From an uncultured Christensenella sp. (GTDB lineage: Bacteria > Bacillota > Clostridia > Christensenellales > UBA1242): DNA of 33,721 bases. The notes under the pieces were generated by a model. The model searched no databases, was not told the DNA's origin, and was given only the letters and a program-made list of their open reading frames with translations. Shown piece by piece: positions 1 through 8,433 of the stretch (positions within the stretch are counted from its first letter, which is position 1; every line of letters begins with the position of its first letter). Where the stretch lies: NCBI GenBank assembly GCA_964367965.1, contig CAYIZA010000004.1:1-33721 (forward strand), in the 5' to 3' direction. Made by a program: the position numbers and the translations under genes.

Positions 1-1
1 C

Positions 2-2119
2 GCCAAACAGTTGCCCCACTTTTATGCTTAGGATTGCACTCATCAGACTGTTGGTCGTGGGGGTAACACCCAGCATACTAGCAAGGGTTATGGTAGAGGA
101 ACTCAGCAAGTCGGATACGGCATCAGGGTCGTTCATCAGTTCGCCGATAGTAAGTTCGGCGATTATACCCATAAGCCCGGTCGGAGTCTCAGCGAACAGG
201 TCGCGCAGTTCCACATTCTGCATAGCAGACAATATGGCATCAGGGTCGTCCATCAGGTCGCCTATGGTGAGAGTTGCCAGCGCACCTACTAGTTTGTCGC
301 CGCTGTCTATCCCGAACTCAGAGAGTGGGACACTCTCAAAAGCAGACATTAAAATTTCGGGGTCTTCCAGCAGGTCACCCAGACTGATATCCTTCAGGTA
401 GATCAGAATTCCGTTGAGTTGGGAGCCCATAAGGTCGCCAAAGGTCACTCCGTTGAGAGCACTCATAATGTCGGCGCTGTCGCCCCCCAGCAGTTCTTCG
501 ATGGTCATATCTCGGATAGCATATAGCAGACTTTGCACAGCATCTGTCGCCGCTATAATCTCAAATTCGTTAGACGGAGTTGCTGTTTCAAACACGGTGG
601 TATCATCCAGAGTGTATTCAACGGTTTCTATCTCAAAGGTTGCCACTTCAGGCTCACCGGAGCGGGTGATTTCAGCAAATTCTTCAAAGAATACCAGAAT
701 ATCGCCGTCAATTCGATAGGTTGTCCCAGCCAGTTCAAAGCGCATATTTGCTATAGTTGCCACTTCGTTGGTGTCTTCACCCAGCACCTTGCCGTTTGTC
801 AAGTCCAAGGTGAAGATATCTCCGCCCACTTCAAAGGTCTTAACTTCTTCCAACGAGGTGGTGATTGCCAGCGTTTGTCTTGTCAGAATCCAGTCATCTG
901 ATATGAAGTAATCCACTCCGCCGATTTCAAATCTTTCATATGGATAGATTTCTGTCGGGATGCCACTGATGATTTCTGCAAGGGTGAGCCCCAGCAGATA
1001 GTTTGGAACATTGTTCATCACCTGGGCACGAAATTCGGTATCGTTCATAAACGGGAAGCCGCTCACATCGAGCGACGGTATCAGGTCGAGCACTGCACCT
1101 ATGCTTATCTGGTTAAAGAGTGAGTTGAAGTCCAACTCCGATATCTTGCTGTTGAGCAAGGCATTGTAGCGCCCGGCAGCGTCATCAAGCGGGATGATAT
1201 CCAATTCAGCAAGTTCTAGAACAGAACGCACTGTGATGCTGTCAGTCAGTGAGTTTATAGTAAGGTTATTTATAGTGGTTCCCAGCAGTGCACCGTATTT
1301 TGTGAACCAGTCCGGGTCTTCAGCATTAGTGTCCGGCACCAGATTGAGTCCTAAAGCCGTTTGAATAAATCCAAGGGTTAGGGTGTCGGCTGCCAGATAG
1401 TTGGGCATTGCCACATTGAGGAGTTGGTAGACTGAAAGTTGTTCCAAACTCTTCATATCCGGTTCGGTAGGTGTGCCCATATTGAAAAGGGCATCGGTGA
1501 AGATAGGGTAGCCCAGCGAACTTAAATCCAGATTAACCCGATTTAAGAGGTCGCCCACATTGATGCTTTTATAAATCTCTGGCATAGCCTTGCTGAGGAA
1601 TTCACTCATATTGTTGGCAATATCCTGGAGGCGGAAGTCGCCAATCTTAGTCAGAGCGCCGCCATTTACCCCGGGCAGTGAGATTTCAGCATTGTATATG
1701 TCGCCGATATCCATATCCAGGTTGTCTTGTATAAATACACGGAGGTCAAAGTTGAGTTTTGTCTTAGCGGTGTTCAGGGTCATATTTGTGTAGTCGTCCT
1801 TGAGTGCTAAGCCCTCCTGCACTGCCTGCTGAATAGTCAGTTCACCGCTGGCACCCAGAAAGTCCAGGTCTACCCCCAGCGTTCTGCTCACATCTTCCAG
1901 TTTAACGCAGTAGTAGAGTATGGATATGGCGGTGCCCAGAACAAAGAACAAAAAGAAGAAACAGGCGAAAAAGCCCATAAAAAACGGCCATACTCCGCCA
2001 CGGCGCTTGTATCTGATTTCCCGTCCTACCGCATCTGTCATCGGCTGCGGTGGCATGGTGGGGTAGGCATACCCCGGTGTCGGCACCTGTTTTGTTGGCT
2101 GTTTTGGTTTTTTTCTCAT
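2..2119 (-). CDS. Large membrane-anchored, acidic, repeat-rich surface protein of unknown function; C-terminus runs off the left edge
   Basis: Absent from the ORF track because it has no stop inside the window. Hand reverse-complement translation from ATG 2119-2117 (SD AGGGGGA at 2124-2130) gives 706 sense codons with no stop down to position 2. The N-terminus is MRKKPKQPTKQVPTPGYAYPTMPPQP, followed by one hydrophobic helix (VWPFFMGFFACFFFLFFVLGTAISILYYCV). After that come more than 630 aa of D/E/L/T/N-rich sequence with recurring LTIG(D/E)LMxDPD-type units. The + strand ORFs 24-401, 414-719 and 533-901 are its low-complexity shadows. Confidence 0.75.
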   Translation of the reverse strand, partial: MRKKPKQPTKQVPTPGYAYPTMPPQPMTDAVGREIRYKRRGGVWPFFMGFFACFFFLFFVLGTAISILYYCVKLEDVSRTLGVDLDFLGASGELTIQQAVQEGLALKDDYTNMTLNTAKTKLNFDLRVFIQDNLDMDIGDIYNAEISLPGVNGGALTKIGDFRLQDIANNMSEFLSKAMPEIYKSINVGDLLNRVNLDLSSLGYPIFTDALFNMGTPTEPDMKSLEQLSVYQLLNVAMPNYLAADTLTLGFIQTALGLNLVPDTNAEDPDWFTKYGALLGTTINNLTINSLTDSITVRSVLELAELDIIPLDDAAGRYNALLNSKISELDFNSLFNQISIGAVLDLIPSLDVSGFPFMNDTEFRAQVMNNVPNYLLGLTLAEIISGIPTEIYPYERFEIGGVDYFISDDWILTRQTLAITTSLEEVKTFEVGGDIFTLDLTNGKVLGEDTNEVATIANMRFELAGTTYRIDGDILVFFEEFAEITRSGEPEVATFEIETVEYTLDDTTVFETATPSNEFEIIAATDAVQSLLYAIRDMTIEELLGGDSADIMSALNGVTFGDLMGSQLNGILIYLKDISLGDLLEDPEILMSAFESVPLSEFGIDSGDKLVGALATLTIGDLMDDPDAILSAMQNVELRDLFAETPTGLMGIIAELTIGELMNDPDAVSDLLSSSTITLASMLGVTPTTNSLMSAILSIKVGQLFG

Positions 2120-2164
2120 ATATTCCCCCTAAGGTTTGTTTACACAAGCCAGAATTCTACTCTG

Positions 2165-2194
2165 AGCATAGCATTTTATTTATCTGAAAAGCAA
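2165..2194 (-). promoter_or_regulatory. Putative sigma-A promoter for the large surface-protein gene (TTGCTT-18-TGcTATGCT on the minus strand)
   Basis: Minus-strand reading is cccTTGCTTttcagataaataaaatgcTATGCTcag. The -35 is at 2189-2194, the -10 at 2165-2170, and a TG extended motif is present. It lies about 45 nt upstream of ATG 2119. Confidence 0.35.
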
Positions 2195-2465
2195 GGGAAA
2201 TGAACATTTTTTTTGGCTGTTTTTGGCGAATGGTAAAAAGTGGTGAAAATAGGGCGATGTAGTCTGAACATTGATTTTTCCCGACTTATAGCGGAAAAAC
2301 AGGGAACCCCCCCGGCTTTGCTGTCCAGTGGACAAAACGCCTAAAGGAACCGCTGTCAGTTTTATTTTACCGAGTGGTACAATTAATCGTACTCATCCGG
2401 TAGCGAACTATAATAGAAGTCACCGAGAACCGCCGGGCTTGCCACTTATCTAACAATTGCCGGGT

Positions 2466-2789
2466 CTACTGATCCTCAATATAGGTAGCACAGCGGCTGT
2501 GTTCGTGGTCGTCAATAACCGTTATGCCGTTTGCCCGGCACTTGCACTCCTTGTTGAAGAGGCAGCCCTGTGCTTTGCACTTCAGCGCTACATTTTTTAT
2601 GTGACGGCTGTTAGCGTACTCCGGTGCTGACTCAAACATATGCCGGCTTAAATCCAACTCCTCTGTCGGTTTTGTGATATCCCGCTCAAAGGTATGGCAC
2701 ATAGCCATGGTGCTGATATCCACCCTTGCAGCATTACAGGTATGCCCCCTATTGAACTCACAACTAGTGCGTCTGCATTTTATATCCAT
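2466..2789 (-). CDS. Cys-rich protein with two DUF1540-like repeats
   Basis: The track ORF is 2466-2882, but GGAGG (2798-2802) sits 8 nt upstream of the internal ATG at 2789, giving MDIKCRRTSCEFNRGHTCNAARVDIS. A second copy reads LKCKAQGCLFNKECKCRANGITVI. Both match the (V/I)KCxVxxCxxNxxxxCxAxxIxV pattern I associate with DUF1540. The 31-aa N-terminal extension in the track runs through the rplI promoter/RBS region. Confidence 0.6.
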   Translation of the reverse strand: MDIKCRRTSCEFNRGHTCNAARVDISTMAMCHTFERDITKPTEELDLSRHMFESAPEYANSRHIKNVALKCKAQGCLFNKECKCRANGITVIDDHEHSRCATYIEDQ

Positions 2790-2884
2790 AATAATTCCTC
2801 CGATATAGTAGTATTTTAAACTATTCCGTTTGACTTTATACAAAAAATTTTGTAAAATCACTATAATAAGCAAAGGAGGCAAAA

Positions 2885-3331
2885 ATGGAAGTTATATTAC
2901 TTGCCGATGTTCAGGGCACCGGAAAAAAGGGAGAGACGGTAAAGGTCAGTGACGGATATGCCAGGAATTTTCTACTCAAAAAGAAACTGGCGCAGGTTGC
3001 TAGCAGCACCAACAAAAATATGGCAGAGCAAGCCCGGCAGGCTCAGGAATTTCACAGACAGGAAGAACTGGCGGCTTGTCGTGAACTCGCAAAAAAGTTG
3101 CAGGGTCAGGTGCTGGTTTTCAAAATGAAAGTGGGGGATACCGGCAAACTTTTTGGTTCGGTGACTGCTAAAGAGGTTGCTCAACGGCTTAGTGAATTGG
3201 GAATGGATGTTCAGAAGAAGAGTATCGACCTGCCGGTCATCAAACTAGTGGGGCGCTATAAGGCAAAGGCTCACTTCGCCGGCAAGATAACGGCATCCTT
3301 CTTTGTGGAACTTGTAAGCGAAAAAGATTAG
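2885..3331 (+). CDS. rplI: 50S ribosomal protein L9
   Basis: [36 protein letters not shown] matches the canonical L9 N-terminus ([26 protein letters not shown]). The RBS AAAGGAGG is at 2873-2880. Confidence 0.95.
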   Translation: MEVILLADVQGTGKKGETVKVSDGYARNFLLKKKLAQVASSTNKNMAEQARQAQEFHRQEELAACRELAKKLQGQVLVFKMKVGDTGKLFGSVTAKEVAQRLSELGMDVQKKSIDLPVIKLVGRYKAKAHFAGKITASFFVELVSEKD

Positions 3332-3343
3332 CGAGGAGCGGAT

Positions 3344-4417
3344 TTGGAAGAAACATTTTTAGCGCTATCGCTTTCTGGTGTCTCCAGTAAAAAACAGTTA
3401 ACTTTAATAGAAAAGTTTGGAGATTCCGAGGCGCTGTGGCAGAAATTGAAATGTCCGCACCAACTTGCGCCTATTTTAAGTGAAACTGAAATCAAGGCGG
3501 TAACTGAGGTTGTAAACGGTACCGCACTCAAGGATTTTATGTACGGACTGCAGAAGACTGGCATCGGATTTGTCACAATTGAGAGCCCAAACTATTCGCA
3601 AAACTTGAGCCAAATCTTTGACCCGCCCACGGTGTTATACTATCGTGGCGATGTTCAATTGCTCAAGCATCTTTCCATCGCTATAGTAGGTAGCCGCACT
3701 TGTACCCGCTATGGAGCAGAGCAGGCAACCCGGTTTGCTAAACAACTTAGTGCCGCCGGTTTTGCCGTGGTGAGTGGACTTGCCGAGGGGATTGACGGAC
3801 ATGCCCACCGTGGGGCGCTGGAGGCTAATGGCAAGACTATAGCCGTCCTCGCTGGCGGACTTAATAAAATATATCCGGCTATCCACGCTAAACTAGCCAA
3901 GGAAATTGAGGAAAAGGGGCTGCTTCTCAGCGAGAATGTTCCAAACTTTACTCCTAAGGGATTTAACTTTATACAGCGTAACCGAATCATTGCCGGGATA
4001 TCCGAGGGAGTCTTTCTGCCCGAGGCGGGTGAGAGGAGCGGAGCGCTCCACACCATAAATTTTGCCAACGACTCTGGCAGGCAGGTGTTTGTGCTGCCCG
4101 GCCCGGTTTCCAGCCCTAAAAGTGCAGGAAGCAATAAACTGATTAAGAATCTGCAGGGCTGTTGTGTGACTGAGCCAAACGACATTATAGCGCAGTTTCC
4201 AGGATTGAACCTGGAGCAGAAATCCAGGAAAGTTACGCAGATGACTATGGATGAAAGTCTGGTTTTCAACACTCTGAAAAATGAAGAACTGCACTATGAT
4301 GAAATTCTGCAAAAAACCAAACTCGATGAAAAAACTTTGAACAGTTTGTTGACTTTAATGGAAATTCGTGCTTTAATAATAAGACTGCCGGGCAACTTCT
4401 TTGCAGTGGCAGGGTAA
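3344..4417 (+). CDS. dprA: DNA processing protein DprA (Smf)
   Basis: TTG start with GAGGAG RBS. Rossmann-like DprA core motifs are present: LYYRGD, VGSRTCTRYG, SGLAEGIDGHAHRGAL, GKTIAVLAGGLNKIYP, RNRIIAG and SGALHT. The dprA-topA adjacency is typical of Firmicutes. Confidence 0.92.
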   Translation: MEETFLALSLSGVSSKKQLTLIEKFGDSEALWQKLKCPHQLAPILSETEIKAVTEVVNGTALKDFMYGLQKTGIGFVTIESPNYSQNLSQIFDPPTVLYYRGDVQLLKHLSIAIVGSRTCTRYGAEQATRFAKQLSAAGFAVVSGLAEGIDGHAHRGALEANGKTIAVLAGGLNKIYPAIHAKLAKEIEEKGLLLSENVPNFTPKGFNFIQRNRIIAGISEGVFLPEAGERSGALHTINFANDSGRQVFVLPGPVSSPKSAGSNKLIKNLQGCCVTEPNDIIAQFPGLNLEQKSRKVTQMTMDESLVFNTLKNEELHYDEILQKTKLDEKTLNSLLTLMEIRALIIRLPGNFFAVAG

Positions 4418-4429
4418 GAGAGAGATTTT

Positions 4430-6520
4430 ATGAATTTAGTTGTTATTGAGGGTGCTGGAAAAAGGGAAACCATCCAGAAATATCTGGGTAAAGACTTTGA
4501 AGTCTTTGCCACAAAGGGTCATGTGCGTGACCTGCCTGTCCGGACTCTCGGCATAGACATTGAAAACAACTTTGAACCTAAATATGAGATTTTGGCAGAT
4601 AAAAAAGATGTCATTCAAAAACTGAAAGAGAAAGCAGCCAAGGCATCCAGGGTGTTGCTTGCGACCGACCCGGACCGGGAGGGCGAGGCAATCAGTTGGC
4701 ATGTTGCCCATGTGCTGGATTTGGACTGCGGCGAAAATATCCGCATTGAATTCAACGAGATTTCAAAGCACGCAATCAACAATGCACTGCAGAACCCCCG
4801 GGCTATAAACCTGCAGTTGGTAAATGCACAGCAGGCAAGGCGGGTACTGGATCGCCTGGTGGGCTATAAACTTTCCCCTATTATAAGTAAGAAGATTAAA
4901 CCAAAACAGAGTGCTGGACGGGTTCAATCGGTAGCGCTCAAGTTAGTTGTCGACCGTGAAAGGGAAATAGAGAAATTTAAGCCGGAGGAGTACTGGAATA
5001 TCCTCGCAATGCTTAGCAAACAACAGGATAGTGATATCTTTTCTTCCAGCCTTTTTCTTAAGGACGGCGAAAAGATTAAGATTGAGAATGCCGAACAGAA
5101 AGACCGAGTGCTGAGCGACCTAGATGGCGCAAAGTGGCTGGTAAAGGATATCAAAAAGTCAGTCACAAAATCCAATCCGCCAGCGCCCTACATAACCAGT
5201 ACTATGCAGCAGGATGCTCTCAACAGGCTGGGTATGAATCTTAAGCGCACCAGTTCAACAGCCCAGGCGCTCTATGAGGGCGTGGAGGTGGCAGGCGAGG
5301 GCAAAACCGCACTGGTTACCTATATCAGGACGGACTCCGTCCGAGTTTCTCCGGATATGCAGAAGTTGGCAGCGGAATATATATCACAGAACTTCGGAGC
5401 GGACTATGTGCCGTCAAAACCCAACTTCTTCAAGGTCAAAAAGAGCGCTCAGGATGCCCACGAGGCAATCCGTCCAATTAATCTGAATATCAAGCCGGCT
5501 GATATAAAGAACTCTTTAACACCGGACCAGTACAAATTGTATAAACTCATCTATGAGCGATTTCTTGCCAGCCAGATGACACCAGCGACCTTCAATAGCG
5601 TTGTGGTGGAAATAAGCGCTGCAAATTATACCTTTAAAGCGACCGGCCGCACTTTATTGTTCGCCGGCTACACCAAGGTCTATAAGGAACATTCCGCTCA
5701 GGACAAAGAGGCGCAGGAGGGAGATATCCCAGAGTTAATTGCCGGACAGGAACTGATATGCCGGGAGATTAAAACTGAGCAGAAGTTCACCAAGCCGCCA
5801 GCACGCTATACTGAAGCGAGCATCATAAAAACAATGGAGGAGCAGGGCATCGGTCGGCCTGCTACCTATACCCCCACTATTCTGACCTTGCTGGCTCGTA
5901 CCTACATAGAGCAGGAGGGCAGGCAACTTAAGCCAACCCAACTGGGCTGTGCGGTCTGTGACACCCTGGTCAAACACTTTGAAAATATTATGGATATATC
6001 CTTCACTGCACAGATGGAGGATACCCTGGACGAGATAGCCGCCGGCAAGGGAGTGTGGCAGCAGGCGATAGCGGACTTCTATAAGGACTTTAAAGTTCAG
6101 TTGGAGAAAGCGAGCGGCACTGAGGATAAAGTGGAACTGCCGGTAGAGGTCAGCGAGGTAAAGTGCGACAAGTGCGGCGCCTTTATGGTGGTTCGTGAGG
6201 GGCGTTTTGGGAAGTTTCTGGCGTGTCCGAACTTTCCGGAGTGCCGGAATATTAAAAATATCGATGTAGTGGTGGGCGTCTGCCCAAACTGCGGTAAAAA
6301 CATATTGGAAAAACACAGCAAAAAAGGCAATGTCTTCTATGGTTGCAGCGGTTATCCGGAGTGTAATTTTGTATCTTGGGATAAGCCGAACGGGCAAAAA
6401 TGTCCGCAATGTAATGATATTTTGTTGCAGAAAGGCAATAAGATATATTGTCACAATCCAAAATGTGGCTACCGTGCCTTTGCTAAAAAGGACAAGGCTG
6501 AAGATGAAGAACAACCGTAA
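4430..6520 (+). CDS. topA: DNA topoisomerase I
   Basis: The protein has a TOPRIM N-terminus (MNLVVIEGAGKRETIQKYLG, DPDREGEAISWH) and the catalytic region TYIRTDS. Three C-terminal CxxC...CxxC zinc-ribbon repeats follow (CDKCGA..CPNFPEC, CPNCGK..CSGYPEC, CPQCN..CHNPKC). Confidence 0.97.
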   Translation: MNLVVIEGAGKRETIQKYLGKDFEVFATKGHVRDLPVRTLGIDIENNFEPKYEILADKKDVIQKLKEKAAKASRVLLATDPDREGEAISWHVAHVLDLDCGENIRIEFNEISKHAINNALQNPRAINLQLVNAQQARRVLDRLVGYKLSPIISKKIKPKQSAGRVQSVALKLVVDREREIEKFKPEEYWNILAMLSKQQDSDIFSSSLFLKDGEKIKIENAEQKDRVLSDLDGAKWLVKDIKKSVTKSNPPAPYITSTMQQDALNRLGMNLKRTSSTAQALYEGVEVAGEGKTALVTYIRTDSVRVSPDMQKLAAEYISQNFGADYVPSKPNFFKVKKSAQDAHEAIRPINLNIKPADIKNSLTPDQYKLYKLIYERFLASQMTPATFNSVVVEISAANYTFKATGRTLLFAGYTKVYKEHSAQDKEAQEGDIPELIAGQELICREIKTEQKFTKPPARYTEASIIKTMEEQGIGRPATYTPTILTLLARTYIEQEGRQLKPTQLGCAVCDTLVKHFENIMDISFTAQMEDTLDEIAAGKGVWQQAIADFYKDFKVQLEKASGTEDKVELPVEVSEVKCDKCGAFMVVREGRFGKFLACPNFPECRNIKNIDVVVGVCPNCGKNILEKHSKKGNVFYGCSGYPECNFVSWDKPNGQKCPQCNDILLQKGNKIYCHNPKCGYRAFAKKDKAEDEEQP

Positions 6521-6525
6521 TTTAT

Positions 6526-6554
6526 TTTACAATGTTTAGATTGTGTGTTATAAT
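6526..6554 (+). promoter_or_regulatory. Putative sigma-A promoter for hslVU (TTTACA-17-TGtTATAAT)
   Basis: TTTACA is at 6526-6531, followed by a 17-nt spacer and TATAAT at 6549-6554 preceded by TGT. The promoter lies 20 nt upstream of the hslV RBS AGGAGAG. Confidence 0.55.
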
Positions 6555-6574
6555 GAAAATATTAGGAGAGATAT

Positions 6575-7114
6575 ATGGAACAGATGTTAGGTACTACTAT
6601 TGTTGCAGTGAAGCGTGACGGCAAAACCGTTATCGGTGGAGACAGTCAGGCGACTCTAGGCAATATGGTTTTTAAAGATTCAGTGGTAAAAGTTCGAAAA
6701 ATTTACGACGACAGAGTTCTTGTAGGCTTTGCCGGCGTTGTTTCCGATGCTTTTGCGCTCTTCAGAAGGCTGGAGGGCAATCTGCACAAGTTTTCCGGGA
6801 ATCTGGAGAGGGCAGTGGTGGAAATTGCACGGGAGTGGCAGAGCGTGGAGTCACCAATCCGCAAACTGGAGGCAAGTTTAATTATAGCCAACCGGGAAAA
6901 GATGTATATTATATTTGGAGACGGTAATGTTGCTGAGCCGTCTGAGAATTTTATCTCGGTGGGTTCAGGCAGTGTATTCGCACTGGGTGCGGCAAAGGCA
7001 CTGCTGGACAATACTAAACTCTCCGCCCGTGAAATTGTGGAGAAGAGCCTAGGCGTTGCCGGGCAGTATTGTATATACACCAACAACCATTTGGTTATTG
7101 AGGAGGTGGAATAA
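6575..7114 (+). CDS. hslV: ATP-dependent protease subunit HslV (ClpQ)
   Basis: GTTIVAVKRDGKTVIGGDSQATLGNMVFKDSVVKVRKI..VGFAGVVSDAF matches the HslV N-terminal nucleophile fold. The stop overlaps the hslU ATG (TAATG at 7112-7116). Confidence 0.93.
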   Translation: MEQMLGTTIVAVKRDGKTVIGGDSQATLGNMVFKDSVVKVRKIYDDRVLVGFAGVVSDAFALFRRLEGNLHKFSGNLERAVVEIAREWQSVESPIRKLEASLIIANREKMYIIFGDGNVAEPSENFISVGSGSVFALGAAKALLDNTKLSAREIVEKSLGVAGQYCIYTNNHLVIEEVE

Positions 7115-8424
7115 TGGAACAACTTACGCCTAAAGAAATTGTAAACGAACTAAATAAATACATTATCGGACAAGACTCTGCCAAAAAAGCGGTTGCCGTT
7201 GCGCTCCGGAACCGATATCGTCGCAGCAGGCTCAGTGAAGAGTTGCGTGCAGAGGTAACTCCGAAGAATATCATTATGCAGGGACCAACTGGAGTGGGTA
7301 AAACGGAAATAGCACGCCGACTGGCTAAGTTGGTGAAGGCTCCTTTTGTCAAAGTGGAGGCAACCAAGTACACCGAGGTGGGCTATGTCGGACGGGATGT
7401 CGAGAGTATGATTCGTGATTTGGTGGAGACCTCAGTTAGACTGGTGAAAGAAGAGAAGTTCGAGCAGGTCAAAACTCAGGCAACCGATATCGCCAACCAG
7501 AAGATTCGGGATATAATGTATTCCAAAAACAAACTGGTGAAGAGCGAGGAGCCGGAAAACTACCGAGAGACGCTGCTGGCTGAAATAGCAGCCGGGAAAC
7601 ACGACGATGATATCATCGAGATTGAGATGGTGGAGGCACCAAAGACCATTGAAATAATGGGCGCACCACAGGATTCCAACCTCACCGAGATGTTCAGCGG
7701 ATTTTTACCAAAGCGTAAAAAACTCCGAAAGATATCGGTTAAAATGGCTCGCAAGAACATTGTGAACGAGGAGAGCAGCCGTCTTATAGACAGTGATGCC
7801 GTGAATGAAGAGGGCGTATACCGTGCTGAGCAGGAGGGCATTATCTTTATCGATGAAATCGATAAAATAGCTATGGCTCGTGGGCATGGCAGCGGTCCCG
7901 ATGTCTCCCGTGAGGGGGTACAGCGAGATATTCTGCCTTTTGTTGAGGGCTGCACTGTCAGCACTAAATACGGCACTATCCGTACCGACTATATACTGTT
8001 TATAGCGGCAGGGGCTTTCCATATCTCCAAGGTGGAGGATTTAATCCCCGAACTTCAGGGGCGTTTTCCTATACGGGTAGAGTTGACCAACCTGACCCAA
8101 AAAGACTTCCTTAAAATTCTGACCCAGCCTAAGAATGCAATCACAAAGCAGCATATCCAACTTCTGAGAGTGGACAACATTGATTTGTCTTTTGAACCGG
8201 AGGCGCTGGAAGAGATTGCCCGTATTGCTGAACTGGAGAATGTCAGCAAGGAGAATATAGGCGCCCGCAGACTGCACACTATATTGGAGGCGCTGCTGCA
8301 AGAGGTCAGTTTTGAGGCGAGCGGCAAGCATCCGATGACCGAGGTCAAAGTTACCAAGGAGTTTGTGCAGCGAGTACTCGCTCCGACCTTGAAAGAGCAC
8401 GACTTATCCAAATATATTATGTAG
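7114..8424 (+). CDS. hslU: ATP-dependent protease ATPase subunit HslU (ClpY)
   Basis: LTPKEIVNELNKYIIGQDSAKKAVAVALRNRYRR is present. So are Walker A (GPTGVGKTEIARRLA), Walker B (GIIFIDEIDKI) and the sensor region (IGARRLHTILE). Confidence 0.96.
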   Translation: MEQLTPKEIVNELNKYIIGQDSAKKAVAVALRNRYRRSRLSEELRAEVTPKNIIMQGPTGVGKTEIARRLAKLVKAPFVKVEATKYTEVGYVGRDVESMIRDLVETSVRLVKEEKFEQVKTQATDIANQKIRDIMYSKNKLVKSEEPENYRETLLAEIAAGKHDDDIIEIEMVEAPKTIEIMGAPQDSNLTEMFSGFLPKRKKLRKISVKMARKNIVNEESSRLIDSDAVNEEGVYRAEQEGIIFIDEIDKIAMARGHGSGPDVSREGVQRDILPFVEGCTVSTKYGTIRTDYILFIAAGAFHISKVEDLIPELQGRFPIRVELTNLTQKDFLKILTQPKNAITKQHIQLLRVDNIDLSFEPEALEEIARIAELENVSKENIGARRLHTILEALLQEVSFEASGKHPMTEVKVTKEFVQRVLAPTLKEHDLSKYIM

Positions 8425-8433
8425 AGGAAGAAA

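Noticed and set aside
24-901. Track ORFs 24-401, 414-719 and 533-901 on the + strand
   Set aside because: Their translations are Ser/Ile/Pro-rich and low-complexity, and they have no SD. They lie antisense to the continuous 706-codon minus-strand frame, so they are shadow ORFs.
1902-2147. 81-aa minus-strand ORF overlapping the start of the large gene
   Set aside because: It is in a different frame from the ATG 2119 ORF and has no SD. It terminates after 81 aa, whereas the 2119 frame has a strong SD and runs for 706 codons.
2195-2465. Tested by eye for SRP RNA, tmRNA, RNase P RNA and common riboswitch cores
   Set aside because: I found no GGUCCGGAAGGAAGCAG-like SRP motif, no tRNA-like acceptor/T-arm end, no GAGGAAAGUCC RNase P core, and no T-box or purine/SAM/TPP signature. 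The region is left unclassified.
5735-6514. 259-aa minus-strand ORF
   Set aside because: It lies entirely antisense to the zinc-ribbon region of topA. It has no recognisable motifs or RBS.
8425-8433. T-box leader upstream of hisS
   Set aside because: Only 9 nt separate hslU and hisS, so a leader RNA is impossible here.
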